A DNA stretch of 63,005 nt, the filler included, from Dimargaris cristalligena (Eukaryota), in assembly GCA_003614675.1 (NCBI GenBank). It is 4 parts of 4 records of this genome, joined end to end, with 100 filler letters (N's around TTAATTAATTAA, not from the genome) between each part and the next. Parts side by side here need not be neighbours in the genome. Positions count along the whole stretch, not along the records: positions 31,617 to 47,266 come from ML002879.1; positions 47,367 to 63,005 come from ML002880.1; 2 more parts are not named here. One strand, written 5' to 3'. The notes beneath the pieces were generated by a model, which saw nothing but the letters and a program-made list of their open reading frames with translations, had not been told where the DNA came from and did no database searches. Positions 35,768 to 47,420 of this stretch are shown one piece after another. A program made the position numbers and the translations under genes. Numbering within the stretch: the first letter of the stretch is position 1; every line of letters begins with the position of its first letter.

Positions 35768-37248
35768 ATGGCCTCAGCACGCGCGGCCCCTGCCCGACTT
35801 CCTCCGCTTAGCCAGCGCTTGGTGGAATTGGCTAAAGTAAGTTGCACTATTGCAATACTGTCAGTCAAAGGCTTCTGTGTCTTACATCCCAGAATCGACC
35901 ACGCAATCTATGTACTTCAATTTACCCTTACAGGGTCCTAATTTTATATAAGAGGCCGTGTCTCGACACCTGTTTATCCCATCGGGACGGCGGTCTAAGT
36001 AGTTCGAATAGATCCTCTGACCCTTTCTTGGTGGCATTCACTCATAAGGGGGCCCTCATCAACACCTTAGCACACACTAGTCGATATGACGTCAAACTTG
36101 GAATGGCGGTGGTGGTCACCAATCCAATGAGTTTATCATTCCTGCTAACCATTTCGATTTATTGATATTCATCTGAAATTGATGGCTATAATCCCCCGAA
36201 CTATCCCCTCCCGAACACCAGACTGCCGAATTCGTGTGGTGGATTGGACATGTCATCGTGGTCATATTTGCCAGCCTCTACTTTATCCGCCTATTCCTGA
36301 CCTTCACCTCCGTGCCTTCCCTGTACTACCGAGCCTACCTCGGTGCCCTCCTAAGCTATATCGTGGTCATCTACAAGTCCCACGGCAAGCCCCAGTTCAA
36401 TACCGAGTTCCTCCAGCGCATCGGAGGCGACGAAAATGTGCAGTACTTCTTTTTGGCCCTGACCTGGTATCTCATGGCCCCCCTTTTCGTCACTTTACCG
36501 CCCTTCTTGATCTTTTCGTCCCTGCACACCGCCAACTATATGATCCACAATCTATTGCCGACCCTGTTCCCCCAGATCACCGCCGAACTCGCGGCTCAAT
36601 CGTCGACCGCCTCCGGCTCCCGCCGGTCCGGCAATGGCAGTAAAGATGCTGGTGCCCAGGCCCGTGACTTAGCTAAGCTTACCTTCCCCGCCCGCATGGC
36701 TAGTATCCTGCAGACATCGTACAAGAACCTCAATACCCCTGCTCTGAACGCGGCCGGACTTTGGGAAGTCGCCGTCGTTATGCCTGGTTTAGTTCTGGCT
36801 GCTATCACGTAAGTTGAGATGGGATGCCCCGCTGTATTACAAACTGGGCTACTATTTTAATATGTTTTACATGTGTGTGTGCTCTATTAACCTACTCCCT
36901 GTCGACCTTATCGCTCACTTATGGAGTCCGATCACTGTCACTAATACGGCCAGCTCTATACACATTTTTGATGTATCCATTGCTTCTCCAACCGATAGTT
37001 TCCAGGGATCGTTCATCGCCCCCTTCTTCTACGCCCATTTCCTTCGTATGCGCTATATTTTCTCGAGCAAGACCCAACAGGCCTTTAGTTTTGTGCGTGC
37101 CAAGCTCGACCAATTCTTCTGCCCTCCCTCGGCCCACCCTAGCATCCCCCCGGTGGTTACTTCCACCTACGTCAAGATGAGAGACTGGACCATCAACTTT
37201 GGGAATAAGGCTACCCAGCAGCGTCAGAGTCAACAAGCTGCCCGCTAA
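35768..37248 (+). CDS. POM33: TMEM33/Pom33 family ER/nuclear-envelope membrane protein; exons 35768-35836, 36222-36808, 36999-37248
   Basis: WWIGH, YYRAYLGALLSYIVV, DENVQYFFLALTW, FSSLH, YAHFLRMRY. Introns keep the frame. Confidence 0.9.
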
Positions 37249-37659
37249 TTTGCTGGCCCAGGTTCTTCCCCTCCTGCAGCCTTCTATTTTTTCAACCCCT
37301 CGCCCCCCAGCAATACCAGCCGACGTTACTACATGATTCAGGTATACTTGTCCACATACCTCGTTGTTTCTATCCATCCCGTTCACTACATTCTCTCTAT
37401 TATACATAGCTTTATATATTGATATATATACATGTGTGTGCGTTCTCATATTAGTATGTTTTAAAAGGGTTTCAATTAGTCCAATGTCATTTTCTGACTG
37501 TTTGGTTGAAGCGACTTTGCGTTGTAGCCTTCATTTTGGCCCACCTTGGGCCTAACGAGAACCCATTAAATATTAACTGTTTTCGTATTATGATCAAATC
37601 TAAAGTAAATTTAACACATTGGGTAAGAAAAAATACCTCCGGCGGCGGTTTGTCGTTAT

Positions 37660-39353
37660 CTAAACGGCGGGGGCTGAGTTGATGCGATCGGCAAATAAAG
37701 CGAATGAGCAAATTCACAAAAAAAAGGGGAGGTTAACACGGCCGATTCAATTTATCGACTTTACACGGTACTGTGTCGGATACGGGCCCCTGGGTACCAC
37801 CTGGGCCCCAACGTAATGTTTAACACATTCCAGGGGGTGGTTTCTGGGGAGCAAGGGGCGGGTTGGCCTTGGCCCCTCTCTTGAATTATCCTTGTGAATT
37901 CCGATAACAGTGGTTTAAGGATTCCTAAATGGTGAGCCATCCTCCCCCCCACTCCCCGTCCAACTCCACGACTACTAATGCTAATACGGACACATCTTAG
38001 ATCGACCCCTCATTTAACACCAATTATAGTATACTTACCGAAGCCGACGCGGTGGTTTTTGGCATCGAAGACCGAATAATAATAGCGTAGGAAAGTGTTG
38101 CCCACAATCCACCGCTGGGGTAGACTGCCGACACCGAAACCGGATTTGCACGAGTCGGAGCCGTTGTCAATAACGTAGGCCTCAGGGGGCAGCGGGAACG
38201 AGATGCCGTTCATTTGGATATGGACCACGGGAAGTTCATCCAGTTGGCAGGTGATACTGAACATGCTGGAGGAGGACGAGTCGCGGGTAGCCCCCAGGGC
38301 GTCGTTAATAGTTTCGGCGTCGTCGGCGTTCATCAGGATGAGGGAGGTACCCGTATCAATGATGGCTGATTGACTGCTCAATTCCAGCTGGTCCTGGTCA
38401 GCGGGAAGGATGTTCATAGCATTGGCCAGGCCTACTCCGGTGAGGGCCACTTCCCAGTACAGCTGCCGAGTCACCGGTATGTAGGCGATGGGTCCCCGGA
38501 ACTGGGCGGGATCAACTCCCCCGAAAATAACTTCGGAACCGCCGTTGGGGCCCCGTCGACTATTGACGTAGAATGAAAATATGGGTTCCTGAACGAGATT
38601 GAGGCTCAGCATGTGGTCGAAGAGGGTATCCGTGCCCAATTTGGATAGCGCGCTATAGGCCAGACCAACAATGCCGTCCAAGGGAGTACGGGCGAAGAAG
38701 GGAGCCATTTCCGTGCTTTCCCCGAATGACTGGTGGGGTACAGCAATGTCGCCCACTTCGGCGGTGTCGTAGCTCTGGACGCCCCGGACGAATCCCGTTC
38801 CGTAGCGCACGTAGAAGGTTTGCCCTGAGTTGCCCTGGTAGGAGGACGAGCTGGCCCCGTCGAACCGACTTTTCATGGCGCAGACGGTGGATTCGCATTG
38901 AACCGACGGTACCCAAAAGTCCGCACTACCGGTATCGAACACCACCTGGAAGGTTTGTCCCGGAGTACCCACATTGACGGGTCCGAAGTAAAGCACATTG
39001 TTGTGGTTGGCTAATTGGGTGGTCAGCGGCCGATTGGCCGGCAACGGCTTACGGGGGCGGGGACCCGCCCGGACTTCGCGAACACCGAGTGGCACCGTCT
39101 TGGGATCTGTCGGGTCCTTTGGTTCTTCCTCGCCGGTCTGGGACATATCCAGATCGACGAGTTGTTGGAGTGCGGTGGTCGTGTTCATGAGACCGTATTT
39201 GACTTGGGTCCGGATAATCTGATCCTGGAGAAAGGTATATAAGTTGCGGTCGTCGGGCACATGGCCAACGAGAGGGACCCGGGCTATTTTGGCAGCAGTG
39301 GCCTGGTGGGCCAGGGTCAACAAAAAGAACCCCGACAGAATGTAGACGCGCAT
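37660..39353 (-). CDS. Secreted pepsin-like aspartic protease (A1); exons 39353-38039 and 37673-37660
   Basis: Signal peptide, catalytic FDTGSAD and IDTGTS, WIVGNTFLRYYYSVFD. The final intron gives the C-terminus RVGFAPAV*. Confidence 0.93.
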
Positions 39354-41059
39354 AGTTAGCGGTGTAGGAGGTAGGCAATCTGTGCGAATAAGATACTTAG
39401 GGCAAGATAAAAAAACGTAAAACTGGTGTATCCAGCGATGTCGAATTATTGATCGGTGATATAAAATAAAGTAATCAGTTAGTAAATACTGTGGTGCTTG
39501 AAATAAAAATACAATACGCGTTGAGTCATGGTAAAAAGCTCGAGTTCATTCAGAAATACCCCGAAGTTCGCAGTATCAGTCAAGGTCAAATAAATATACA
39601 GACCGGCGGGTATTTCCCGATCAGGGTAACTATTAAATGGTAGACGATAAATCCGATTCAGTAATCTAGCCCGGCGCGCTAGAGACACTCATTATATAGG
39701 AACTGGGTCCGCCAATTCCCTGGCTTCTCCACCACTCCATGGCATCGGCTTGTCTGAAACCGCCCGGAGTCTGGATTCGGACGATTTGTGCCATTAGAGA
39801 CCGAGGGGGGAATAGGTAGTATAACTCCAACTCTCTCCCTTGGGCGATGGAGCCGTTCACCTGGGGTTAATGCCCTTCTCGTCCCACCCCCATCCCCAGT
39901 CCCCTTGTTAATCCACCTACTACTTTTTAAAACCACCCTGAGTGTCAGCTACTCGATCTCGTGGATGCAAGATAGTCAACTGAGTTAAGGAGTACGTGCG
40001 GGGGTAAATATTAGGGGTATTTTGAGGCCATTACTGTAATATTGGTTAAAGGATACGCGAGTACCGAGATCAAGGGGAGGACAGCGGTCCTAGGAATGGG
40101 ACCAGGGGTATTGTTGAAGTGTCACTGGTCAATTAAAACTCCGAGCACCGTGGCATTAACTTATTAGGTGACACCTATGGCGGGGGATCACAAGGGAAAA
40201 CCTATTTGTAAGGTTAATCATCCCCTTACAATTCATTCAAACTTATGTTTTGCTGGGCAGAACTTACCCTATATGCCTCGTGCGCTATGCAAGGTTCTTA
40301 TTGTAGGTCAAATCGAAGTATAGTCAACCCTTCGAGTTTGCGTAAGCTGTAGCGACTCGTCTATCCACGATGACTACAGGAGAGGCAATAAGCGGTAGAG
40401 GTTGAAAAACTCCCCATAATCCCCCCTCTTCTTGACCCAACCTAATTCCGGTGCTAAGGGTTTCGGACACGTTCCCCTGACGATAGCCTAGGACGCTAGG
40501 ATCCATTGGTAGGGGATAAGTCCGTCGGCATCTAAGTACTGTCAACTATTTTAGGATGCGGGGTTTATTATACAGCAATCTACGTCATCGAGTGGCCTAA
40601 TAATGAGAAACTCCTTCAGACGTAGGTGTTTTAAGGCCGCGTGGTTTACCTTGTGGAACAGATCGGGGTTCAGACTTGTTAGCCCCCTCCCCCTTGAGTT
40701 ACCCTGAGTCTTACACGTCCAGTTTGGTTTATTTTACTAGCTAAAGGACCTTTGAATTTGAATTTTCTTACCAAAAAAGAATAGGATAAAAGTGGTAGAT
40801 AAAGTAAGACTAGAAAAGTGAGTAATGGGATAGTGGCAAGTACTGTAAGGATATGGGGATAGCGGCAATCGAGATATAGCCCAAAGTAGTATTTTTGAAA
40901 CAGGTGGGCAGGGTACACTACAATGGTTGCTGAAGGGATATTGCCGAGTGGAGAATGGCAATGGGTGGTACTGGGCGGTTTCGGCTATCCAATAGCTAGA
41001 CCCTTTTTCGAAAATGGGAGGTCCGTGGGAGGGGTCTTAGGTTAATTGAAGGCCAGCTC

Positions 41060-42469
41060 CTAGCATTTGCCATCGATGGAGTAATCGGGCGCGGTATACT
41101 CGGCCTGGTGCCATCTAGTGACATTATTATTGTAATAGGCCACGGGGTGGTTATTAATATATTCCGCCGTTGGGAAGTCCGGCGTATCACACGACACGGC
41201 AATATTGTTAGGGTCTTGGTATACGCGCACGTAGTCGACCAACATGGCCGCAGGGAATTCGAGTTTGTCCAGTTCGACCGGACTGAACCCGGAGGCCATG
41301 CCCAAGTTGAGAATGATGTACATGGGTTCTTCCGCGATGGAACGCTGACCGATGCCCGAGAACTGGTTGGAACCCACGACATTGTAGTCGATGCCCCAGG
41401 TGGGTTGGTCACCGACGAACCAGTTCACATCCCCCTGGGTGCCTGGCGTGTACTGGAAGCCGTACGTTTGGTAGCCCTTGCCGCCGTACCAGCCGGGGTC
41501 AAGGTCCGTCACGCCCGATAGAGCCTGCTGGTACGGACCGCCGACGTAGGTGTTGATTTTGGTCAGATTGCCGTTGTGAAGCTTAGCGTAGTCAAAGGCG
41601 GCTTCGTAGCGAAAGTCGAAGGGGGCTACTTGGAACGACTGGGAAATAGACCCCGGCGCGCCGCTGTAGCCGCCCGTTGCTTCGAAGATATCAATTTCGG
41701 GCGCCCCCCGTCCCTTACCGGGGTTAGGGTGGTCGGTACCGGTGCATACGCACTTATTGAGCCGCTGGCCGGGTAAGTAGGAGAGCGCCGAGTTGGTTTG
41801 GTTGACCAAGACCCCCAAGTCGCAGTTGTCATAGGTGTACGGCCACAGTCCGTCGGTGGTGGCGCCGTAGCCGGCCCGGCCCAGATTACCGAGGGTCCAC
41901 GCGGCGGGCCACAGCCCGGACACCCCCGACTTGAAGGGCATGGACACATTGACTTCGATAAGCCCACCCTGAAAGCAGAATTTGTTCCAGGACTGTATCA
42001 TACCACTGCGGTAGTCTAGCGTCCCCGTGGGTTTCTTGTCCATTTGGAGGACCAGATTGCCCCCTTCGGTCCAGACCTGTTCGGGCTTGTAGTACTCCAT
42101 GTCCATGGTGGGCCAGTACCACAGGTCGACCGCTTCCCAGTGGGGGTCCTCCCCGGCCTTGAATGTCCGACCGTCCTTGTTGAATTCATCGGAGAACACC
42201 AGCGTGTACTCCTTGCCGTCAAAGGTGGTTTTTGTTAGGGCTTCGGCCGGCGTGTCGGAGTCGATGGGGAGGTTCTTGGGGTGTAGTGGCTGGTAGACAT
42301 GATTGGGATTCTTCTTGGGCGGACCCTTCTTCAGCATGTTCTGGGCGATGGGGTATATGATGAAGAGCGAAAGCAGCGCGAGAACGATAAAGCCGAGTAC
42401 CAGAACATTGCACCAACCCCGTGGAGACCACCATACTTTCTTGCGGAGTTTCTCCCTCAAGGTGGCCAT
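41060..42469 (-). CDS. KRE6: KRE6/SKN1 beta-1,6-glucan synthesis-associated GH16 protein
   Basis: N-terminal TM segment, LVFSDEFN, SGMIQSWNKFCF, GNLGRAGYGATTDGLWPY, GRGAPEIDIFEA, VDYVRVYQ. Confidence 0.92.
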   Translation of the reverse strand: MATLREKLRKKVWWSPRGWCNVLVLGFIVLALLSLFIIYPIAQNMLKKGPPKKNPNHVYQPLHPKNLPIDSDTPAEALTKTTFDGKEYTLVFSDEFNKDGRTFKAGEDPHWEAVDLWYWPTMDMEYYKPEQVWTEGGNLVLQMDKKPTGTLDYRSGMIQSWNKFCFQGGLIEVNVSMPFKSGVSGLWPAAWTLGNLGRAGYGATTDGLWPYTYDNCDLGVLVNQTNSALSYLPGQRLNKCVCTGTDHPNPGKGRGAPEIDIFEATGGYSGAPGSISQSFQVAPFDFRYEAAFDYAKLHNGNLTKINTYVGGPYQQALSGVTDLDPGWYGGKGYQTYGFQYTPGTQGDVNWFVGDQPTWGIDYNVVGSNQFSGIGQRSIAEEPMYIILNLGMASGFSPVELDKLEFPAAMLVDYVRVYQDPNNIAVSCDTPDFPTAEYINNHPVAYYNNNVTRWHQAEYTAPDYSIDGKC

Positions 42470-43190
42470 AGTGAATAGATAAGGTCAAAAGAAGATATTG
42501 ATACACCGAATTCTATGAGTGGTATGGATATGTGTATATATATACCTAGTAGTGGAAAGCGAAGCGTCGCCTATTAGAGGCGTTCGAACATAAAGAAGAC
42601 ACGCAACCGAGAGTCTAGAACGTCGGGAAGTAATAAAAATAGATATCTAAATAAAATTGGAAAATACCGCTACTACGATAATTAAAGAACAAGTGGTGAA
42701 GCAGGTGAAGGAAGTAGCCATTGGCACTCCAAGGCGACGGTATTCAAGATAATTGATGGATGTAATAGAGCGGAGAGATAATCCAAGGGGACCAACAGCA
42801 AGGACGGCCAGTCTATACAGCCGTCGTTGCCCCTATGGTTAATCATGATGGCAATTAGACGATCGCATCTAGGGTGCGTCGGTTCGGCTAGATTAATGTG
42901 ACTTTCCGGAAATAGGCACGCGCAAGGGGTGAAGAGTAGAGTGACTGAGGGAATTGGGCTCAGTGGTGCATCTGGTATCATTGGCGCGAGTGCCTATTGG
43001 TCCGTTCTGTCAGTTAATAACAGCTCAGGGGTTTTACCTCCTCTATTCCCATTCATTCTCTCTCTAAGCTTTTCAACGGTACTTGGTAAACCAGTAAAGC
43101 CTGTCAAAAAATATATATAACTAAATAATGACGTTATTATAAATACCAGAAAAGTTAATAGAGAAATTAATAGCCAAAAAAATAGAAAAA

Positions 43191-43301
43191 AGTTGTAACA
43201 CCAACTATTCCCAAGTGATCACCCACCTCAGTACTAAATTAGCTAATACCAACTTAACTCCGCAGATCTAATAGGATACGGTACAAACTGGTACATATAG
43301 C
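43191..43301 (-). pseudogene. 5S rRNA pseudogene (nt 8-118), 5' end interrupted by a LINE
   Basis: Colinear with the two intact 5S genes over 111 nt, then diverges abruptly at 43302. Multiple G>A changes on the plus strand. Confidence 0.9.
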
Positions 43302-43447
43302 ATCTCTTTCCCATTCCGTCTACTTTTTTCGGCTTTTATAAGAGACCCCTTACCATACCCCCCCCAGCCCGTCCGCAACCTCGACGGCCCCATCCATCCA
43401 TCCATCCAAACCCCAAATACCTACCCGTCTCTACCCCCGGTACACCG

Positions 43448-44441
43448 ATGGCAACTCGTAATAGTGGCCAGCCCCCCCCCTGGCCCCCCCGATCCATCCA
43501 TCCTAGCCCTGCGACAGGAATTCCTCCAAACCCTAGCTACCCATAGTACCGAACTTACCAAGCAGTTTGCATCCCAACTCGCAGACCAGCAGGCCCACAT
43601 GGATACCCGACTAGCTGGTTATGACGACCTCCTTACCCGTTTATCTCTCATTGAGGCCGAACGTGATGCTGCCCGCCAAGCCCTTGCTACATCTGAAGCT
43701 AAGAACAAAGTACTCACTGCCCAGATTACCTCCCTTATGGCCCATACCCCTAGTCCTAACCACCCCAAAACCACATCCACCAGCCCCCAGCCTGAACTGA
43801 CCTATGCTTCCCAGGTAGCTAAGCCTGCTCCACTCACTGGCCCTCCAGGCCCCCATCATACCACTATCAATGCCCGCAACCCATCCACCAATAGCCGCTT
43901 GGCAGCAGCCACCCGTGCATTCCAACTCCCCACTGGTCCACAAGGCTATGAGTACATCATTATCCCCCGAGGCCGTAAAATGTCCCGTACAGAAGCCCGC
44001 CGTAGCCTCTGTGTCCTTGGTATTGACACAGCCCGCATCCTGGATATTATCTTCCCAGCACGTAACCATGCAGCCCTACTGGTACACCAACAGTACTCCA
44101 CAACCCTCTGTGCCACCCTTAAGGCTGCTAAGGTCACCCCAATTGAGGACTTTGAATTCTGGGACCCTAAACACCTTGCTGATCCCAAATTTGATAATGA
44201 GTCTGATGCTTCCAAGCATACCATTGCTATGGAGATACACCGTGATCGCTGTATCCGCTCACTTATGTTTCTGAGTGCTAATCGCCCCCATGTTGCAACT
44301 GCCATTGGCTACTTCTTTGCTGAACAGGGCTGGATTTCTACCTCGGATATCCCACCCAGCCGTTCTAATCCCTCTAAGCGTTCCTGCCCAACCAATGGTG
44401 ACTCTGACCAGGACTCTATGGATAACCATATGCAAGAATGA
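43448..44441 (+). CDS. LINE ORF1 (coiled-coil, putative nucleic-acid chaperone); ATG 43448 needs a 1-nt correction in the C9 run 43472-43480
   Basis: Coiled-coil N-terminus and TYAS motif. Lies directly before ORF2 with an ATGA overlap. Confidence 0.8.
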
Positions 44442-47266
44442 GTCCCCTTAGAATAGCCCTATGGAATGCCCGCTCACTCTCCACAGCTAAAGCTCAGGAT
44501 GCCCTCCGCCATGCCTCCCTCTTTGATATAATCTTTATTACCGAAACTTGGCTTCTGCCCCCCAAACGCCTACATACCCCATGGACCCAATACCACCAAT
44601 ATGGCCTACCTACCTCCAACCAGCGGCTTGGTCATATGGGTATCTGTGCCCTTATTAATCCCCTACTTAATATCCCTATTATTAACCTTAATCTTACCTC
44701 TCCTCACTGTCTCGGCCTTTCCCTTGGCTCATTCCAAATTATATGCCTCTATATTCCCCCCCTTCTCCCATCTGAGACGCTCATTTCTACCCTATCCTCC
44801 CTCCCCCTCACCCCAAATACCATCCTCTGTGGGGACTTCAACTCCCGACATAGACAGCTTACAGGGGACCACCGCCAAAATACCCTTGGTATAGCCCTCC
44901 TTGAATGGATTACCACTACACCATTCCAAGTCCTTAATAATACCCTGGCCCATGGTATTCCTACCCTCTACCGCTACTTCCCTGGCAGGCCTACCCAGAC
45001 CAGTATCATCGACCTATTTATATGTAACTTTGAAGTGGAATCTGCTTCCTTAAATATCCATAAGGACCTAACACTTGGATCAGACCATGCTGTCCTGATC
45101 CTTACCTTTTCCCCCCCACCCCTCCCTACTCCTCTCCCCCCTACTAGCACCCCCTACAAATGGCGCCTCAATAGACTTGCAGATGAGAAGCACCGCCTCC
45201 AATATACCACCTCTTTTACTACAAACTCTACACCCCTCCTGAATCAATTACTTCCCCTTATTACTAACCCCCCACCCCTAGCCCCTGATATCCACCAACT
45301 CACTCTTGCACTTAATAGCTGTATCTATACTGCACTGGACAGCTCAGTTGGCCGTCAGGGGCCACATACACCCTTCTCCAAGCCTTGGTGGACACCCCAC
45401 CTTACCTCTGCTGTGCAACTTCGTGACCGCCTGTATAAGCAGTGGCACCAGGCTATTGGTATTAACAAAATAGTTAAATGGGCTGCATATCAATTAGCAC
45501 AAAGGAAATTTCGTAATGCTATCCACTCCCACCAGCGGCGGTCCTGGCGCCAATTCTGTACCTCCCTTGAAGAAAACCCCCAGTCAGCCATCTCCCATAT
45601 CAGCCGCATGAATCGCTATCGCCAATTACAGCCCTCATTCACCCATCCAGAGGGCCCCCTAACAGCTACTACTATTATGGCTACTCATTTAGCCCGGACA
45701 TATGATGGGAAACACCTCCCTTCCCCCCGTCCCCCTCCCATCCTATCCAGTGATACTCCATATACACTACCTGATTCACTCCTATCACCATCGACTGTGG
45801 CATACAATATCTGCCGCCTGCCCTATAGGAAGGCTCCTGGCCCTGACCATATTAAGGCTGAAATGCTTCGGCCAATTGCTGGTCCCCTCTCCCTTATCCT
45901 CTCTGCTATCTTCAGTCTCTGCTGGCAGTGGGCCTATACCTCCCCCCTCTGGAGGACAGCTCTAGTTTTCCCTATTTTTAAAAAAGGTGATAGGTCTGAC
46001 CCAGCCAATTATCGGCCAATCTCCCTCACATCACACATCAGGAAATTACTTGAATACTGCCTGGCCCCCTCTCTTAATATATTCACTCCACCCCTAGACC
46101 CAGCACAAGGTGGTTTTCGGCCCCAACGGGGTGCCCCTGACCAGGCACTATGCCTCCATGAGCTTATACAGGCCCATTATAATACCCACCACCATTTTCC
46201 CACTATTGCCTTCCTTGATATTAAGGCAGCCTATGATACAGTAGACCGTTCAGTGATTTGGACAGCTATCTCTAGTGTATCCCCGACCCCTGGGTTCCTC
46301 CCCCTACTTTCCCATATTTTTGATGATATATTCATATCAGTCTCTCTTCAATGCTTTATTTCAGAGCCTTTTAGGCCAAAAACGGGGGTTCTACAGGGCT
46401 CAGTTCTGAGCCCACAACTCTATTCCATCTTTATTAATAGTCTACCCATCTTTCTCCGGCAGGCTGCACACCCATCCACACCCTCTATCCCCCCTATAGT
46501 GGATATAATTACCACCCTCTAGCTATTAACTCACTACTCTATGCTGACGATGTTGCTATTCTTGGCTCCCCAGATGATGTCGCTAACATGTTGGTCCTTG
46601 CTGAGAGGCACTCAATTTTACACGGGTACCGCTGGAGCCCCTCTAAGTGTGTACTCCTCACCACAAACCAGCGGCTCCCCTTTAAACTATATGATACCCC
46701 TCTGACCCGCCAAGAGGATTTTCCTTATTTGGGTATCCCATTTACACGAAAGGGGATATCTCCTCCCCTTCTCCTGGCCCACACTACCAGTCGTGCATAC
46801 AACTGTATGAGGCTGCTTACAGCTATGGGCTTGAAGCGGTCTGGCTTTGACACTGCCCTATGCCTGCGCCTATACACTGCCCTTGTGCGCCCAATTTTTG
46901 AGTATGGTATAGCTATATGCTCCCTTAATACAGCCCAGACAAAAACCCTAGAAAAAGCCCAAGATATCTGCCTACGGCAGATTATTGGTGGCCAGGATAG
47001 ATCATCTACCCATGTCCTCCGTCATATCTATGGCCTCCCATCAATGGCACATAGGGCCCAGGTCCTCATTGCTAAATACTGCCTCCGGGTGGCCCTTCTG
47101 CCTGGGGATAGCCTCCTTACACTCATCCAGCCGATCCTCCGAGAATCATACCTCTCTTCCACTCTCTGCCGATCCCCTCTCTTCCTCTCTATCCCCCCAT
47201 CCCCCTCTAATTCTGATATTAGGACTGCCATACTGAAGGCCCGCCTCACTGAAGTTGATTTAATTT
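44438..47266 (+). CDS. LINE ORF2: AP endonuclease plus reverse transcriptase; frameshift near the C6 run 46489-46494; 3' partial
   Basis: APE motifs WNARSL, ITETW, GDFNS, IIDL, SDH. RT motifs KAPGPD, NYRPISL, FLDIKAAYD, GVLQGSVLSP, YADD (second frame), YLGI. Confidence 0.93.
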
Positions 47267-47366
47267 NNNNNNNNNNNNNNNNNNNNNNNNNNNNNNNNNN
47301 NNNNNNNNNNTTAATTAATTAANNNNNNNNNNNNNNNNNNNNNNNNNNNNNNNNNNNNNNNNNNNN
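47267..47366. other. Artificial contig spacer
   Basis: N run with TTAATTAATTAA linker. Confidence 0.98.
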
Positions 47367-47420
47367 TCCCATACACATATCAGTTAAACTCTTATACAGC
47401 CAAGCTGAACTTCACCCATA
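47367..47420 (+). repeat. Right half of the MITE-like element at contig start
   Basis: CCATACACATATCAGTTAAACTCTTATACAGCCAAGCTGAACTTCACCCATA aligns with 52534-52585. Confidence 0.5.

Larger units (their letters stand above)
43302..47266 (+). mobile_element. APE-type non-LTR retrotransposon (LINE), 3' end cut off by contig end
   Basis: C-rich 5'UTR, then ORF1, then ORF2 with endonuclease and reverse transcriptase. Confidence 0.95.

Noticed and set aside
35837-36221. Possible intronic snoRNA in the long POM33 intron 1
   Set aside because: A hairpin is present, but there are no convincing C/D or H/ACA boxes.
43191-43301. 5S-derived SINE3/Cassandra-like promoter as part of the LINE
   Set aside because: The 5S sequence is antisense to the LINE and retains its own terminator on the far side, which fits an insertion target better.
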